From NCBI GenBank assembly GCA_964016885.1, contig OZ024743.1, forward strand, positions 25,482,001-25,546,000: 64,000 bases of DNA, read 5' to 3'. The translations under genes and the position numbers were made by a program. Below the pieces are notes generated by a model that saw only the letters and a program-made list of their open reading frames with translations, searched no databases and was not told where the DNA came from. Of this stretch, positions 26,701 to 40,339 are shown piece after piece (position 1 is the first letter of the stretch; every line of letters starts with the position of its first letter). The stretch is from Eledone cirrhosa (taxonomy: Eukaryota).

Positions 26701-29700
26701 GGGGGTGAGAGAGATGGAGGCTTGACACTGGCAGTTTGGCCCCTCTGTGTTCGGAACTGGTGTAGTTAAGAGATAGGGAGGGTGAGAGAAATGGAGCCTT
26801 GACAGTGGGAGTTCGGCCCCTCTGTGTTCGGACCTGGTGTAGTTAAGAGACAGGGAGGGTGAGAGAGATGGAGGCTTGACAGTGGGTGTTAGGCTACTCT
26901 GTGTTCGGACATGGTGTACTTGAGAGATGGGGAGGGTGAGAGAGATGGAGGCTTGACAGTGGGTGTTCGGCTCCTCTGAGTTCGGACCTGGTGTACTTGA
27001 GAGATGGGGAGGGTGAGAGAGATGGAGGTTTGACAGTGAGAGTTCGGCTTCTCTGTGTTTGGACCTGCGGTACTTGAGAGATGGGGAGGGTGAGAGAGAT
27101 GGAGGCTTGACAGTGGGAGTTCGGCTCCTCTGTGTTCGGACCTGGTGTAGTTAAGAGATGGGGAGGGTGAGAGAGATGGAGGTTTGACAGTGGGAGTTCG
27201 TTTCCTCTGTGTTCAAACCTGGTGTAGTTAAGAGATGGGGAGGGTGAGAGAGATGGAGACTTGACAGTGGGAATTCGGCTCCTCTGTGTTCGGACCTGGT
27301 GTAGTTGAGAGATGGGGAGGGTGAGAGAGATGGAGGTTTGACAGTGGGAGTTCGGCTCCTCTGTGTTCGGACCTGGTGTACTTGAGAGATGGGGACTGTG
27401 AGAGAGATGGAGGCTTGACAGTGGGAGTTCGGCTCCTCTGTGTTCGGACCTGGCAGAATTAAGAGATGGAGAGGGTGAGAGAGATGGAGGCTTGACAGTG
27501 GAAATTCGGCTGCTCTGTGTTCGGACCTGGTGTAGTTGAGTGATGGGGAGCGTGAGAGAGATAGAGGCATGAGAGTGGGAGTTCGGCTCCACTGTGTTCG
27601 GACCTGGTGTAGTTAAGAGATGGGGAGGGTGAGAGAGATGGAGGTTTGACAGTGGCAGTTCGGCTCCTCTGTGTTCGGACCTGGTGTACTTGAGAGATGG
27701 GGAGGGTGAGAGAGATGGAGGCTTGACAGTGGGAGTTCGGCTCCTCTGAGTTCGGACCTGGTGTACTTGAGAGATGGGGAGGGTGAGAGAGGTGGAGGTT
27801 TGACAGTGGGAGTTCGGCTCCTCTGTGTTCGGACCTGGTGTAGTTAAGAGATGGGGAGGGTGAGAGCGGTGGAGGTTTGACAGTGGCAGTTCGGCTCCTC
27901 TGTGTTCGGACCTGGTGTAGTTAAGAGATGGGGAGGGTGAGAGAGACGGAGCCTTGACAGTGGGAGTTCGGCTCCTCTGTGTTCGGACCTGGTGTACTTG
28001 AGAGATAGGGAAGGCGAGAGAGATGGTGGCTTGACAGTGGGAGTTCGGCTCCTCTGTTTTTGGATCTGGTGTAGTTAAGAGATGGGGAGGGTGAGAGAGA
28101 TGGAGGCTTGGCAGTGGGAGTTCGGCTCCTCTGTGTTCGGACCTGGTGTACTTGAGAGATAGGGAAGGCGAGAGAGATGGTGGCTTGACAGTGGGAGTTC
28201 GGCTCCTCTGTTTTTGGACCTGGTGTAGTTAAGAGATGGTGAGGGTGAGAGAGATGGAGGCTTGACAGTGGGAGTTAGGCTCCTCTGTGTTGGGACCTGG
28301 TGTACTTGAGAGATAGGGAAGGCGAGAGAGATTGTGGCTTGACAGTGGGAGTTCGGCTCCCCTGTCTTCTGACCTGGTGTACTTGAGAGATGGGGAGGGT
28401 GAGAGAGATGGAGGCTTGACAGTGGGAGTGCGGCTCCTCTGTGTTCGGACCTGGTGTAGTTAAGAGATGGGGAGGGTGAGAGAGATTGGGGCTTGACAGT
28501 GGGAGTTCGGCTCCTCTGTGTTGGGACCTGGTGTACTTGAGAGATGGGAAGGGCGAGAGAGATGGAGGCTTGACAGTGGGAGTGCGGCTCCTCTGTGTTC
28601 GGACCTGGCGTAGTTAAGAGATGGGGAGGGTGAGAGAGATTGGGGCTTGACAGTGGGAGTTTGGCACCTCTGTTTTTCGGACCTGGTGTACTTGAGAGAT
28701 GGGGAGGGTGAGAGAGATTGGGGCCTGACAGTGGGAGTTTGGCTCCTCTGTGTTCGGACCTGGTGTACTTGAGAGATGGGGAGGGTGAGAGAGATTGGGG
28801 CTTGACAGTGGGAGTTTGGCTCCTCTGTGTTCGGACCTGGTGTACTTGAGAGATGGGGAGGGTGAGAGAGATGGAGACTTGACAGTGGGAGTTCTGGTTC
28901 CTCTGTGTTCGGAACTGGTGTACTTGAGAGATGGGGAGGGTGAGAGAGATGGAGGCTTGACAGTGGAAATTCGGCTGCTCTGTGTTCGGACCTGGTGTAC
29001 TTGAGAGATGGGGAGGGTGAGAGAGATGGAGGCTGGACAGTGGGAGCTCGGATCCTCTGTGTTCGGACCTGGTGTAGTTAAGAGATGGGGAGGGTGAGAG
29101 AGATGGAGGCTTGACAGTGAGAGTTCGGCTTCTCTGTGTTTGGACCTGCGGTACTTGAGAGATGGGGAGGGTGAGAGAGATGGAGGCTTGACAGTGGGAG
29201 TTCGGTTCCTCTCTGTTCGGACCTTGTGTAGTTAAGAGATGGGGAGGGTGAGAGACATGCAGGCTTGACAGTGGGATTTCGGCTCCTCTGTTTTCGGACC
29301 TGGTGTAGTTAATAGATGGGTAGGGGGGGGGGGTGAGAGAGATGGAGGCTTGACAGTGGGAGTTCGGATCTTCTGTGTTCGGACCTGGTGTAGTTAAGAG
29401 ATGGGGAGGGTGAGAGAAATGGAGCCTTGACAGTGGGAGTTCGGCTCCTCTGTGTTCGGACCTGGTGTAGTTAAGAGATAGGGAGGGTGAGAGAGATGGA
29501 GGCTTGACAGTGGGTGTTCGGCTCCTCTGTGTTCGGACCTGGTGTAGTTAAGAGATAGGGAGGGTGAGAGATATGTAGGCTTCACAGTGGGAGTGCGGCT
29601 CCTCTGTGTTTGGACCTGCGGTACTTGAGAGATGGGGAGGGTGAGAGAGATGGAGGCTTGACAGTGGGATTTCGGCTGCTCTGTGTTCGGACCTGGTGTA

Positions 29701-32700
29701 GTTAATAGATGGGTAGGGGGGGGGTGAGAGAGATGGAGGCTTGACAGTGGGAGTTCGGCCCCTCTGTGTTCGGAACTGGTGTAGTTAAGAGATAGGGAGG
29801 GTGAGAGAAATGGAGCCTTGACAGTGGGAGTTCGGCCCCTCTGTGTTCGGACCTGGTGTAGTTAAGAGATAGGGAGGGTGAGAGAGATGGAGGCTTGACA
29901 GTGGGTGTTAGGCTACTCTGTGTTCGGACATGGTGTACTTGAGAGAGGGGGAGGGTGAGAGATATGTAGGCTTCACAGTGGGAGTGCGGCTCCTCTGTGT
30001 TCGGACCTGGTGTACTTGAGAGATGGGGAGGGTGAGAAATATGTAGGCTACACAGTGGGAGTGCGGCTCCTCTGTGTTTGGACCTGGTGTACTTGAGAGA
30101 TGGGGAGGGTGAGAGAGATGGAGGCTTGACAGTGGGAGTTCTGGTTCCTCTGTGTTCGGACCTGGTGTACTTGAGAGATGGGGAGGGTGAGAGAGATGGA
30201 GGCTTGACAGTGGGAGTTCGGCTCCTCTGTGTTCGGACCTGGTGTAGTTAAGAGATGGGGAGGGTGAGAGAGATGGAGACTTGACAGTGGGAGTTCGGCG
30301 CCTCTGAGTTCGGACCTGGTGTACTTGAGAGATGGGGACTGTGAGAGAGATGGAGGCTTGGCAGTGGGAGTTCGACTCCTCTGAGTTCGGACCTGGTGTA
30401 CTTGAGAGATGGGGACTGTGAGAGAGATGGAGGCTTGACAGTGGGAGTTCGGCTCCTCTGTGTTCGGACCTGGCAGAATTAAGAGATGGAGAGGGTGAGA
30501 GAGATGGAGGTTTGACAGTGGCAGTTCGGCTCCTCTGAGTTCGGACCTGGTGTACTTGAGAGATGGGGACTGTGAGAGAGATGGAGGCTTGACAGTGGGA
30601 GGTCGGCTCCTCTCTGTTCGGACCTTGTGTAGTTAAGAGATGGGGAGGGTGAGAGAGATGGAGGCTTGACAGTGGGATTTCGGCTCCTCTGTGTTCGGAC
30701 CTGGTGTAGTTAAGAGATGGGGAGGGTGAGAGAGATGGAGGCTTGACAGTGGGAGTTCGGCTCCTCTCTGTTCGGACCTTGTGTAGTTAAGAGATGGGGA
30801 GGGTGAGAGATATGGAGGCTTGACAGTGGGATTTCGGCTCCTCTGTGTTCGGACCTGGTGTAGTTAATAGATGGGTAGGCGGGGGTGAGAGGGATGGAGG
30901 CTTGACAGTGGGAGTTCGGCTCCTCTCTGTTCGGACCTGGTGTAGTTAAGAGATGGGGAGGGTGAGAGAAATGGAGCCTTGACAGTGGGAGTTCGGCTCC
31001 TCTGTGTTCGGACCTGGTGTAGTTAAGAGATAGGGAGGGTGAGAGAGATGGAGGCTTGACAGTGGGTGTTCGGCTCCTCTGAGTTCGGACCTGGTGTACT
31101 TGAGAGATGGGGAGGGTGAGAGAGATGGAGGTTTGACAGTGAGAGTTCGGCTTCTCTGTGTTTGGACCTGCGGTACTTGAGAGATGGGGAGGGTGAGAGA
31201 GATGGAGGCTTGACAGTGGGAGTTCGGCTCCTCTGTGTTCGGACCTGGTGTAGTTAAGAGATGGGGAGGGTGAGAGAGATGGAGGTTTGACAGTGGGAGT
31301 TCGTTTCCTCTGTGTTCAAACCTGGTGTAGTTAAGAGATGGGGAGGGTGAGAGAGATGGAGACTTGACAGTGGGAATTCGGCTCCTCTGTGTTCGGACCT
31401 GGTGTAGTTAAGAGATGGGGAGGGTGAGAGAGATGGAGGTTTGACAGTGGGAGTGCGGCTCCTCTGTGTTCGGACCTGGTGTATTTAAGAGATGGGGAGG
31501 GTGAGAGAGATGGAGGTTTGACAGTGGCAGTTCGGCTCCTCTGTGTTCGGACCTGGTGTAGTTAAGAGATGGGGAGGGTGAGAGAGATGGAGGTTTGACA
31601 GTGGGAGTTCGGCTCCTCTGTGTTCGGACCTGGTGTAGTTAAGAGATGGGGAGGGTGAGAGAGATGGAGGTTTGACAGTGGGAGTTCGGCTCCTCTGTGT
31701 TCGGACCTGGTGTACTTGAGAGATAGGGAAGGCGAGAGAGATGGTGGCTTGACAGTGGGAGTTCGGCTCCTCTGTGTTTGGACCTGGTGTAGTTAAGAGA
31801 TGGTGAGGGTGAGAGAGATGGAGGCTTGACAGTGGGAGTTAGGCTCCTCTGTGTTGGGACCTGGTGTACTTGAGAGATAGGGAAGGCGAGAGAGATGGTG
31901 GCTTGACAGTGGGAGTTCGGCTCCTCTCTGTTCGGACCTTGTGTAGTTAAGAGATGGGGTGGGTGAGAGAGATGGAGGCTTGACAGTGGGATTTCGGCTG
32001 CTCTGTGTTCGGACCTGGTGTAGTTAATAGATGGGTAGGGGGGGGGGTGAGAGAGATGGAGGCTTGACAGTGGGAGTTCGGCCCCTCTGTGTTCGGACCT
32101 GGTGTAGTTAAGAGATAGGGAGGGTGAGAGAAATGGAGCCTTGACAGTGGGAGTTCGGCCCCTCTGTGTTCGGACCTGGTGTAGTTAAGAGATAGGGAGG
32201 GTGAGAGAGATGGAGGCTTGACAGTGGGTGTTCGGCTACTCTGTGTTCGGACATGGTGTACTTGAGAGATGGGGAGGGTGAGAGATATGTAGGCTTCACA
32301 GTGGGAGTGCGGCTCCTCTGTGTTTGGACCTGGTGTACTTGAGAGATGGGGAGGGTGAGAGAGATGGAGGCTTGACAGTGGGAGTTCTGGTTCCTCTGTG
32401 TTCGGACCTGGTGTACTTGAGAGATGGGGAGGGTGAGAGAGATGGAGGCTTGACAGTGGGAGTTCGGCTCCTCTGAGTTCGGACCTGGTGTACTTGAGAG
32501 ATGGGGACTGTGAGAGAGATGGAGGCTTGACAGTGGAAATTCGGCTGCTCTGTGTTCGGACCTTGTGTTGTTGAGTGATGGGGAGCGTGAGAGAGATAGA
32601 GGCATGAGAGTGGGAATTCGGCTCCTCTGTGTTCGGACCTGGTGTAGTTAAGAGATGGGGAGGGTGAGAGAGATGGAGACTTGACAGTGGGAGTTCGGCT

Positions 32701-35700
32701 CCTCTGTGTTCGGACCTGGTGTAGTTAAGAGATGGGGAGGGTGAGAGAGATGGAGGTTTGACAGTGGGAGTTCGTTTCCTCTGTGTTCAAACCTGGTGTA
32801 GTTAAGAGATGGGGAGGGTGAGAGAGATGGAGACTTGACACTGGGAATTCGGCTCCCCTGTGTTCGGACCTGGTGTAGTTAAGAGATGGGGAGGGTGAGA
32901 GAGATGGAGGTTTGACAGTGGGAGTTCGGCTCCTCTGTGTTCGGACCTGGTGTAGTTAAGAGATGGGGAGGGTGAGAGAGATGGAGGTTTGACAGTGGCA
33001 GTTCGGCTCCTCTGTGTTCGGACCTGGTGTAGTTAAGAGATGGGGAGGGTGAGAGAGATGGAGGTTTGACAGTGGGAGTTCGGCTCTTCTGTGTTCGGAC
33101 CTGGTGTAGTTAAGAGATGGGGAGGGTGAGAGAGATGGAGGTTTGACAGTGGGAGTTCGGCTCCTCTGTGTTCGGACCTGGTGTACTTGAGAGATAGGGA
33201 AGGCGAGAGAGATGGTGGCTTGACAGTGGGAGTTCCGCTCCTCTGTGTTTGGACCTGGTGTAGTTAAGAGATGGTGAGGGTGAGAGAGATGGAGGCTTGA
33301 CAGTGGGAGTTAGGCTCCTCTGTGTTCGGACCTGGTGTACTTGAGAGATAGGGAAGGCGAGAGAGATGGTGGCTTGACAGTGGGAGTTCGGCTCCTCTCT
33401 GTTCGGACCTTGTGTAGCTAAGAGATGGGGAGGGTGAGAGAGATGGAGGCTTGACAGTGGGATTTCGGCTGCTCTGTGTTCGGACCTGGTGTAGTTAATA
33501 GATGGGTAGGGGGGGGGGTGAGAGAGATGGAGGCTTGACAGTGGGAGTTCGGCCCCTCTGTGTTCGGACCTGGTGTAGTTAAGAGATAGGGAGGGTGAGA
33601 GAAATGGAGCCTTGACAGTGGGAGTTCGGCCCCTCTGTGTTCGGACCTGGTGTAGTTAAGAGATAGGGAGGGTGAGAGAGATGGAGGCTTGACAGTGGGA
33701 GTTCGGCTACTCTGTGTTCGTACCTGGTGTACTTGAGAGATGGGGAGGGTGAGAGAGATGGAGGCTTGACAGTGGGAGTTCGGCTCCTCTGAGTCCGGAG
33801 CTGGTGTACTTGAGAGATGGGGAGGGTGAGAGAGATGGAGGCTTGACAGTGGGAGTTCGGCTCCTCTGTGTTCGGACCTGGCAGAATTAAGAGATGGAGA
33901 GGGTGAGAGAGATGGAGGCTTGACAGTGGAAATTCGGCTGCTCTGTGTTCGGACCTGGTGTAGTTGAGTGATGGGGAGCGTGAGAGAGATAGAGGCATGA
34001 GAGTGGGAGTTCGGCACCTCTGTGTTCGGACCTGGTGTAGTTAAGAGATGGGGAGGGTGAGAGAGATGGAGACTTGACAGTGGGAGTTCGGCTCCTCTGT
34101 GTTCGGACCTGGTGTAGTTAAGAGATGGGGAGGGTGAGAGAGATGGAGGTTTGACAGTGGCAGTTCGGCTCCTCTGTGTTCGGACCTGGTGTAGTTAAGA
34201 GATGGGGAGGGTGAGAGAGATGGAGGTTTGACAGTGGCAGTTCGGCTCCTCTGCGTTCGGACCTGGTGTAGTTAAGAGATGGGGAGGGTGAGAGAGATGG
34301 TGGCTTGACAGTGGGAGTTCGGCTCCTCTGTGTTCGGACCTGGTGTAGTTAAGAGATGGGGAGGGTGAGAGAGACGGCGCCTTGGCAGTGGGAGTTCGGC
34401 TCCTCTGTGTTCGGACCTGGTGTACTTGAGAGATAGGGAAGGCGAGAGAGATGGTGGCTTGACAGTGGGAGTTCGGCTCCTCTGTGTTTGGACCTGGTGT
34501 AGTTAAGAGATGGGGAGGGTGAGAGAGATGGAGGCTTGACAGTGGGAGTTCGGCTCCTCTGTGTTCGGACCTGGTGTACTTGAGAGATAGGGAAGGCGAG
34601 AGAGATGGTGGCTTGACAGTGGGAGTTCGGCTCCTCTGTCTTCTGACCTGGTGTACTTGAGAGATGGGGAGGGTGAGAGAGATGGAGGCTTGACAGTGGG
34701 AGTGCGGCTCCTCTGTGTTCGGACCTGGTGTAGTTAAGAGATGGGGAGGGTGAGAGAGATTGGGGCTTGACAGTGGAAGTTCGGCTCCTCTGTGTTGGGA
34801 CCTGGTGTACTTGAGAGATGGGAAGGGCGAGAGAGATGGAGGCTTGACAGTGGGAGTGCGGCTCCTCTGTGTTCGGACCTGGCGTAGTTAAGAGATGGGG
34901 AGGGTGAGAGAGATTGGGGCTTGACAGTGGGAGTTTGGCTCCTCTGTGTTCGGACCTGGTGTACTTGAGAGATGGGGAGGGTGAGAGAGATTGGGGCTTG
35001 ACAGTGGGAGTTTGGCTCCTCTGTGTTCGGACCTGGTGTACTTGAGAGATGGGGAGGGTGAGAGAGATTGGGGCTTGACAGTGGGAGTTGGCTCCTCTGT
35101 GTTCGGACCTGGTGTACTTGAGAGATGGGGAGGGTGATAGAGATGGAGACTTGACAGTGGGAGTTCTGGTTCCTCTGTGTTCGGAACTGGTGTACTTGAG
35201 AGATGGGGAGGGTGAGAGAGATGGAGGCTTGACAGTGGAAATTCGGCTGCTCTGTGTTCGGACCTGGTGTACTTGAGAGATGGGGAGGGTGAGAGAGATG
35301 GAGGCTTGACAGTGGGAGTTCGGCTCCTCTGTGTTCGGACCTGGTGTAGTTAAGAGATGGGGAGGGTGAGAGAGATGGAGGCCTGACAGTGAGAGTTCGG
35401 CTTCTCTGTGTTTGGACCTGCGGTACTTGAGAGATGGGGAGGGTGAGAGAGATGGAGGCTTGACAGTGGGAGTTCGGCTCCTCTCTGTTCGGACCTTGTG
35501 TAGTTAAGAGATGGGGAGGGTGAGAGAGATGGAGGCTTGACAGTGGGATTTCGGCTCCTCTGTGTTCGGACCTGGTGTAGTTAATAGATGGGTAGGCGGG
35601 GGTGAGAGGGATGGAGGCTTGACAGTGGGAGTTCGGCTCCTCTCTGTTCGGACCTGGTGTAGTTAAGAGATGGGGAGGGTGAGAGAAATGGAGCCTTGAC

Positions 35701-38700
35701 AGTGGGAGTTCGGCTCCTCTTTGTTCGGACCTGGTGTAGTTAAGAGATAGGGAGGGTGAGAGAGATGGAGGCTTGACAGTGGGATTTCGGCTGCTCTGTG
35801 TTCGGACCTGGTGTAGTTAATACATGGGTAGGGGGGGGGGTGAGAGAGATGGGGGCTTGACAGTGGGAGTTCGGCCCCTCTGTGTTCGGACCTGGTGTAG
35901 TTAAGAGATAGGGAGGGTGAGAGAAATGGAGCCTTGACAGTGGTAGTTCGGCCCCTCTGTGTTCGGACCTGGTGTAGTTAAGAGATAGGGAGGGTGAGAG
36001 AGATGGAGGCTTGACAGTGGGAGTTCTGGTTTCACTGTGTTCGGACCTGGTGTACTTGAGAGATGGGGAGGGTGAGAGAGATTGGGGCTTGACAGTGGGA
36101 GTTGGCTCCTCTGTGTTCGGACCTGGTGTACTTGAGAGATGGGGAGGGTGAGAGAGATGGAGACTTGACAGTGGGAGTTCTGGTTCCTCTGTGTTCGGAA
36201 CTGGTGTACTTGAGAGATGGGGAGGGAGAGAGAGATGGAGGCTTGACAGTGGGAGTTCGGCTTCTCTGTGTTCGGACCTGGTGTACTTGAGAGATGGGGA
36301 GGGTGAGAGAGATGGAGGCTTGACAGTGGGAGTTCGGCTCCTCTGTGTTCGGACCTGGTGTAGTTAAGAGATGGGGAGGGTGAGAGAGATGGAGGCTTGA
36401 CAGTGAGAGTTCGGCTTCTCTGTGTTTGGACCTGCGGTACTTGAGAGATGGGGAGGGTGAGAGAGATGGAGGCTTGACAGTGGGAGTTCGGCTCCTCTCT
36501 GTTTGGACCTTGTGTAGTTAAGAGATGGGGAGGGTGAGAGAGATGGAGGCTTGACAGTGGGATTTCGGCTCCTCTGTGTTCGGACCTGGTGTAGTTAATA
36601 GATGGGTAGGCGGGGGTGAGAGGGATGGAGGCTTGACAGTGGGAGTTCGGCTCCTCTCTGTTCGGACCTGGTGTAGTTAAGAGATGGGGAGGGTGAGAGA
36701 AATGGAGCCTTGACAGTGGGAGTTCGGCTCCTCTGTGTTCGGACCTGGTGTAGTTAAGAGATAGGGAGGGTGAGAGAGATGGAGGCTTGACAGTGGGTGT
36801 TCGGCTCCTCTGAGTTCGGACCTGGTGTACTTGAGAGATGGGGAGGGTGAGAGAGATGGAGGTTTGACAGTGAGAGTTCGGCTTCTCTGTGTTTGGACCT
36901 GCGGTACTTGAGAGATGGGGAGGGTGAGAGAGATGGAGGCTTGACAGTGGGAGTTCGGCTCCTCTCTGTTCGGACCTTGTGTAGTTAAGAGATGGGGAGG
37001 GTGAGAGAGATGGAGGCTTGACAGTGGGATTTCGGCTGCTCTGTGTTCGGACCTGGTGTAGTTAATAGATGGGTAGGGGGGGGGGTGAGAGAGATGGGGG
37101 CTTGACAGTGGGAGTTCGGCCCCTCTGTGTTCGGACCTGGTGTAGTTAAGAGATAGGGAGGGTGAGAGAAATGGAGCCTTGACAGTGGGAGTTCGGCCCC
37201 TCTGTGTTCGGACCTGGTGTAGTTAAGAGATAGGGAGGGTGAGAGAGATGGAGGCTTGACAGTGGGTGTTCGGCTACTCTGTGTTCGGACATGGTGTACT
37301 TGAGAGATGGGGAGGGTGAGAGATATGTAGGCTTCACAGTGGGAGTGCGGCTCCTCTGTGTTCGGACCTGGTGTACTTGAGAGATGGGGAGGGTGAGAGA
37401 TATGTAGGCTTCACAGTGGGAGTGCGGCTCCTCTGTGTTTGGACCTGGTGTACTTGAGAGATGGGGAGGGTGAGAGAGATGGAGGCTTGACAGTGGGAGT
37501 TCTGGTTCCACTGTGTTCGGACCTGGTGTACTTGAGAGATGGGGAGGGTGAGAGAGATGGAGGCTTGACAGTGGGAGTTCGGCTCCTCTGAGTTCGGACC
37601 TGGTGTACTTGAGAGATGGGGACTGTGAGAGAGATGGAGGCTTGACAGTGGGAGTTCGGCTCCTCTGTGTTCGGACCTGGTGTAGTTAAGAGATGGGGAG
37701 GGTGAGAGAGATGGAGACTTGACAGTGGGAGTTCGGCTCCTCTGAGTTCGGACCTGGTGTACTTGAGAGATGGGGACTGTGAGAGAGATGGAGGCTTGAC
37801 AGTGGGAGTTCGGCTCCTCTGTGTTCGGACCTGGCAGAATTAAGAGATGGAGAGGGTGAGAGAGATGGAGGCTTGACAGTGGAAATTCGGCTGCTCTGTG
37901 TTCGGACCTGGTGTAGTTGAGTGATGGGGAGCGTGAGAGAGATGGAGGCTTGACAGTGGGAGTTCGGCTCCTCTGTGTTCGGACCTGGTGTAGTTAAGAG
38001 ATGGGGAGGGTGAGAGAGATGGAGGTTTGACAGTGGGAGTTCGTTTCCTCTATGTTCGGACCTGGTGTAGTTAAGAGATGGGGAGGGTGAGAGAGATGGA
38101 GGTTTGACAGTGGCAGTTCGGCTCCTCTGTGTTCGGACCTGGTGTAGTTAAGAGATGGGGAGGGTGAGAGAGATGGAGGTTTGACAGTGGGAGTTCGGCT
38201 CCTCTGTGTTCGGACCTGGTGTAGTTAAGAGATGGGGAGGGTGAGAGAGATGGAGGTTTGACAGTGGGAGTTCGGCTCCTCTGTGTTCGGACCTGGTGTA
38301 CTTGAGAGATAGGGAAGGCGAGAGAGATGGTGGCTTGACAGTGGGAGTTCGGCTCATCTGTGTTTGGACCTGGTGTAGTTAAGAGATGGTGAGGGTGAGA
38401 GAGCAGGAGGCTTGACAGTGGGAGTTAGGCTCCTCTGTGTTGGGACCTGGTGTACTTGAGAGATAGGGAAGGCGAGAGAGATGGTGGCTTGACAGTGGGA
38501 GTTCGGCTCCTCTGTGTTTGGACCTGGTGTAGTTAAGAGATGGGGAGGCTGAGAGAGATGGAGGCTTGACAGTGGGAGTTCGGCTCCTCTGTGTTCGGAC
38601 CTGGTGTACTTGAGAGATAGGGAAGGCGAGAGAGATGGTGGCTTGACATTGGGAGTTCGGCTCCTCTGTTTTTGGACCTGGTGTAGTTAAGAGATGGTGA

Positions 38701-40339
38701 GGGTGAGAGAGATGGAGGCTTGACAGTGGGAGTTAGGCTCCTCTGTGTTGGGACCTGGTGTACTTGAGAGATAGGGAGGGCGAGAGAGATGGTGGCTTGA
38801 CAGTGGGAGTTCGGCTCCTCTGTCTTCTGACCTGGTGTACTTGAGAGATGGGGAGGGTGAGAGAGATGGAGGCTTGACAGTGGGAGTGCGGCTCCTCTGT
38901 GTTCGGACCTGGTGTAGTTAAGAGATGGGGAGGGTGAGAGAGATTGGGGCTTGACAGTGGGAGTTCGGCTCCTCTGTGTTGGGACCTGGTGTACTTGAGA
39001 GATGGGAAGGGCGAGAGAGATGGAGGCTTGACAGTGGGAGTGCGGCTCCTCTGTGTTCGGACCTGGCGTAGTTAGGAGATGGGGAGGGTGAGAGAGATTG
39101 GGGCTTGACAGTGGGAGTTTGGCTCCTCTGTGTTCGGACCTGGTGTACTTGAGAGATGGGGAGGGTGAGAGAGATTGGGGCTTGACAGTGGGAGTTTGGC
39201 TCCTCTGTGTTCGGACCTGGTGTACTTGAGAGATGGGGAGGGTGAGAGAGATTGGGGCTTGACAGTGGGAGTTTGGCTCCTCTGTGTTCGGACCTGGTGT
39301 ACTTGAGAGATGGGGAGGGTGAGAGAGATGGAGACTTGACAGTGGGAGTTCGGCTCCTCTCTGTTCGGACCTTGTGTATTTAAGAGATTGGGGAGGGTGA
39401 GAGAGATGGAGGCTTGACAGTGGGATTTCGGCTCCTCTGTGTTCGGACCTGGTGTAGTTAATAGATGGGTAGGGGGGGGGGATGAGAGAGATGGAGGCTT
39501 GACAGTGGGAGTTCGGCTCCTCTGTGTTCGGACCTGGTCTACTTAAGAGATAGGGAGGGTGAGAGAGATGGAGGCTTGACAGTGGGTGTTCGGCTCCTCT
39601 GTGTTGGGACCTGGTGTACTTGAGAGATAGGGAAGGCGAGAGAGATGGTGGCTTGACAGTGGGAGTTCGGCTCCTCTGTCTTCTGACCTGGTGTACTTGA
39701 GAGATGGGGAGGGTGAGAGAGATGGAGGCTTGACAGTGGGAGTGCGGCTCCTCTGTGTTCGGACCTGGTGTAGTTAAGAGATGGGGAGGGTGAGAGAGAT
39801 TGGGGCTTGACAGTGGGAGTTCGGCTCCTCTGTGTTCGGACCTGGTGTACTTGAGAGATGGGAAGGGCGAGAGAGATGGAGGCTTGACAGTGGGGGTGCG
39901 GCTCCTCTGTGTTCGGACCTGGCGTAGTTAAGAGATGGGGAGGGTGAGAGAGATTGGGGCTTGACAGTGGGAGTTTGGCTCCTCTGTGTTCGGACCTGGT
40001 GTACTTGAGAGATGGGGAGCGTGAGAGAGATTGGGGCTTGACAGTGGGAGTTTGGCTCCTCTGTGTTCGGACCTGGTGTACTTGAGAGATGGGGAGGGTG
40101 AGAGAGATTGGGGCTTGACAGTGGGAGTTGGCTCCTCTGTGTTCGGACCTGGTGTACTTGAGAGATGGGGAGGGTGAGAGAGATGGAGACTTGACAGTGG
40201 GAGTTCTGGTTCCTCTGTGTTCGGAACTGGTGTACTTGAGAGATGGGGAGGGTGAGAGATATGGAGGCTTGACAGTGGAAATTCGGCTGCTCTGTGTTCG
40301 GATCTGGTGTACTTGAGAGATGGGGAGGGTGAGAGAGAT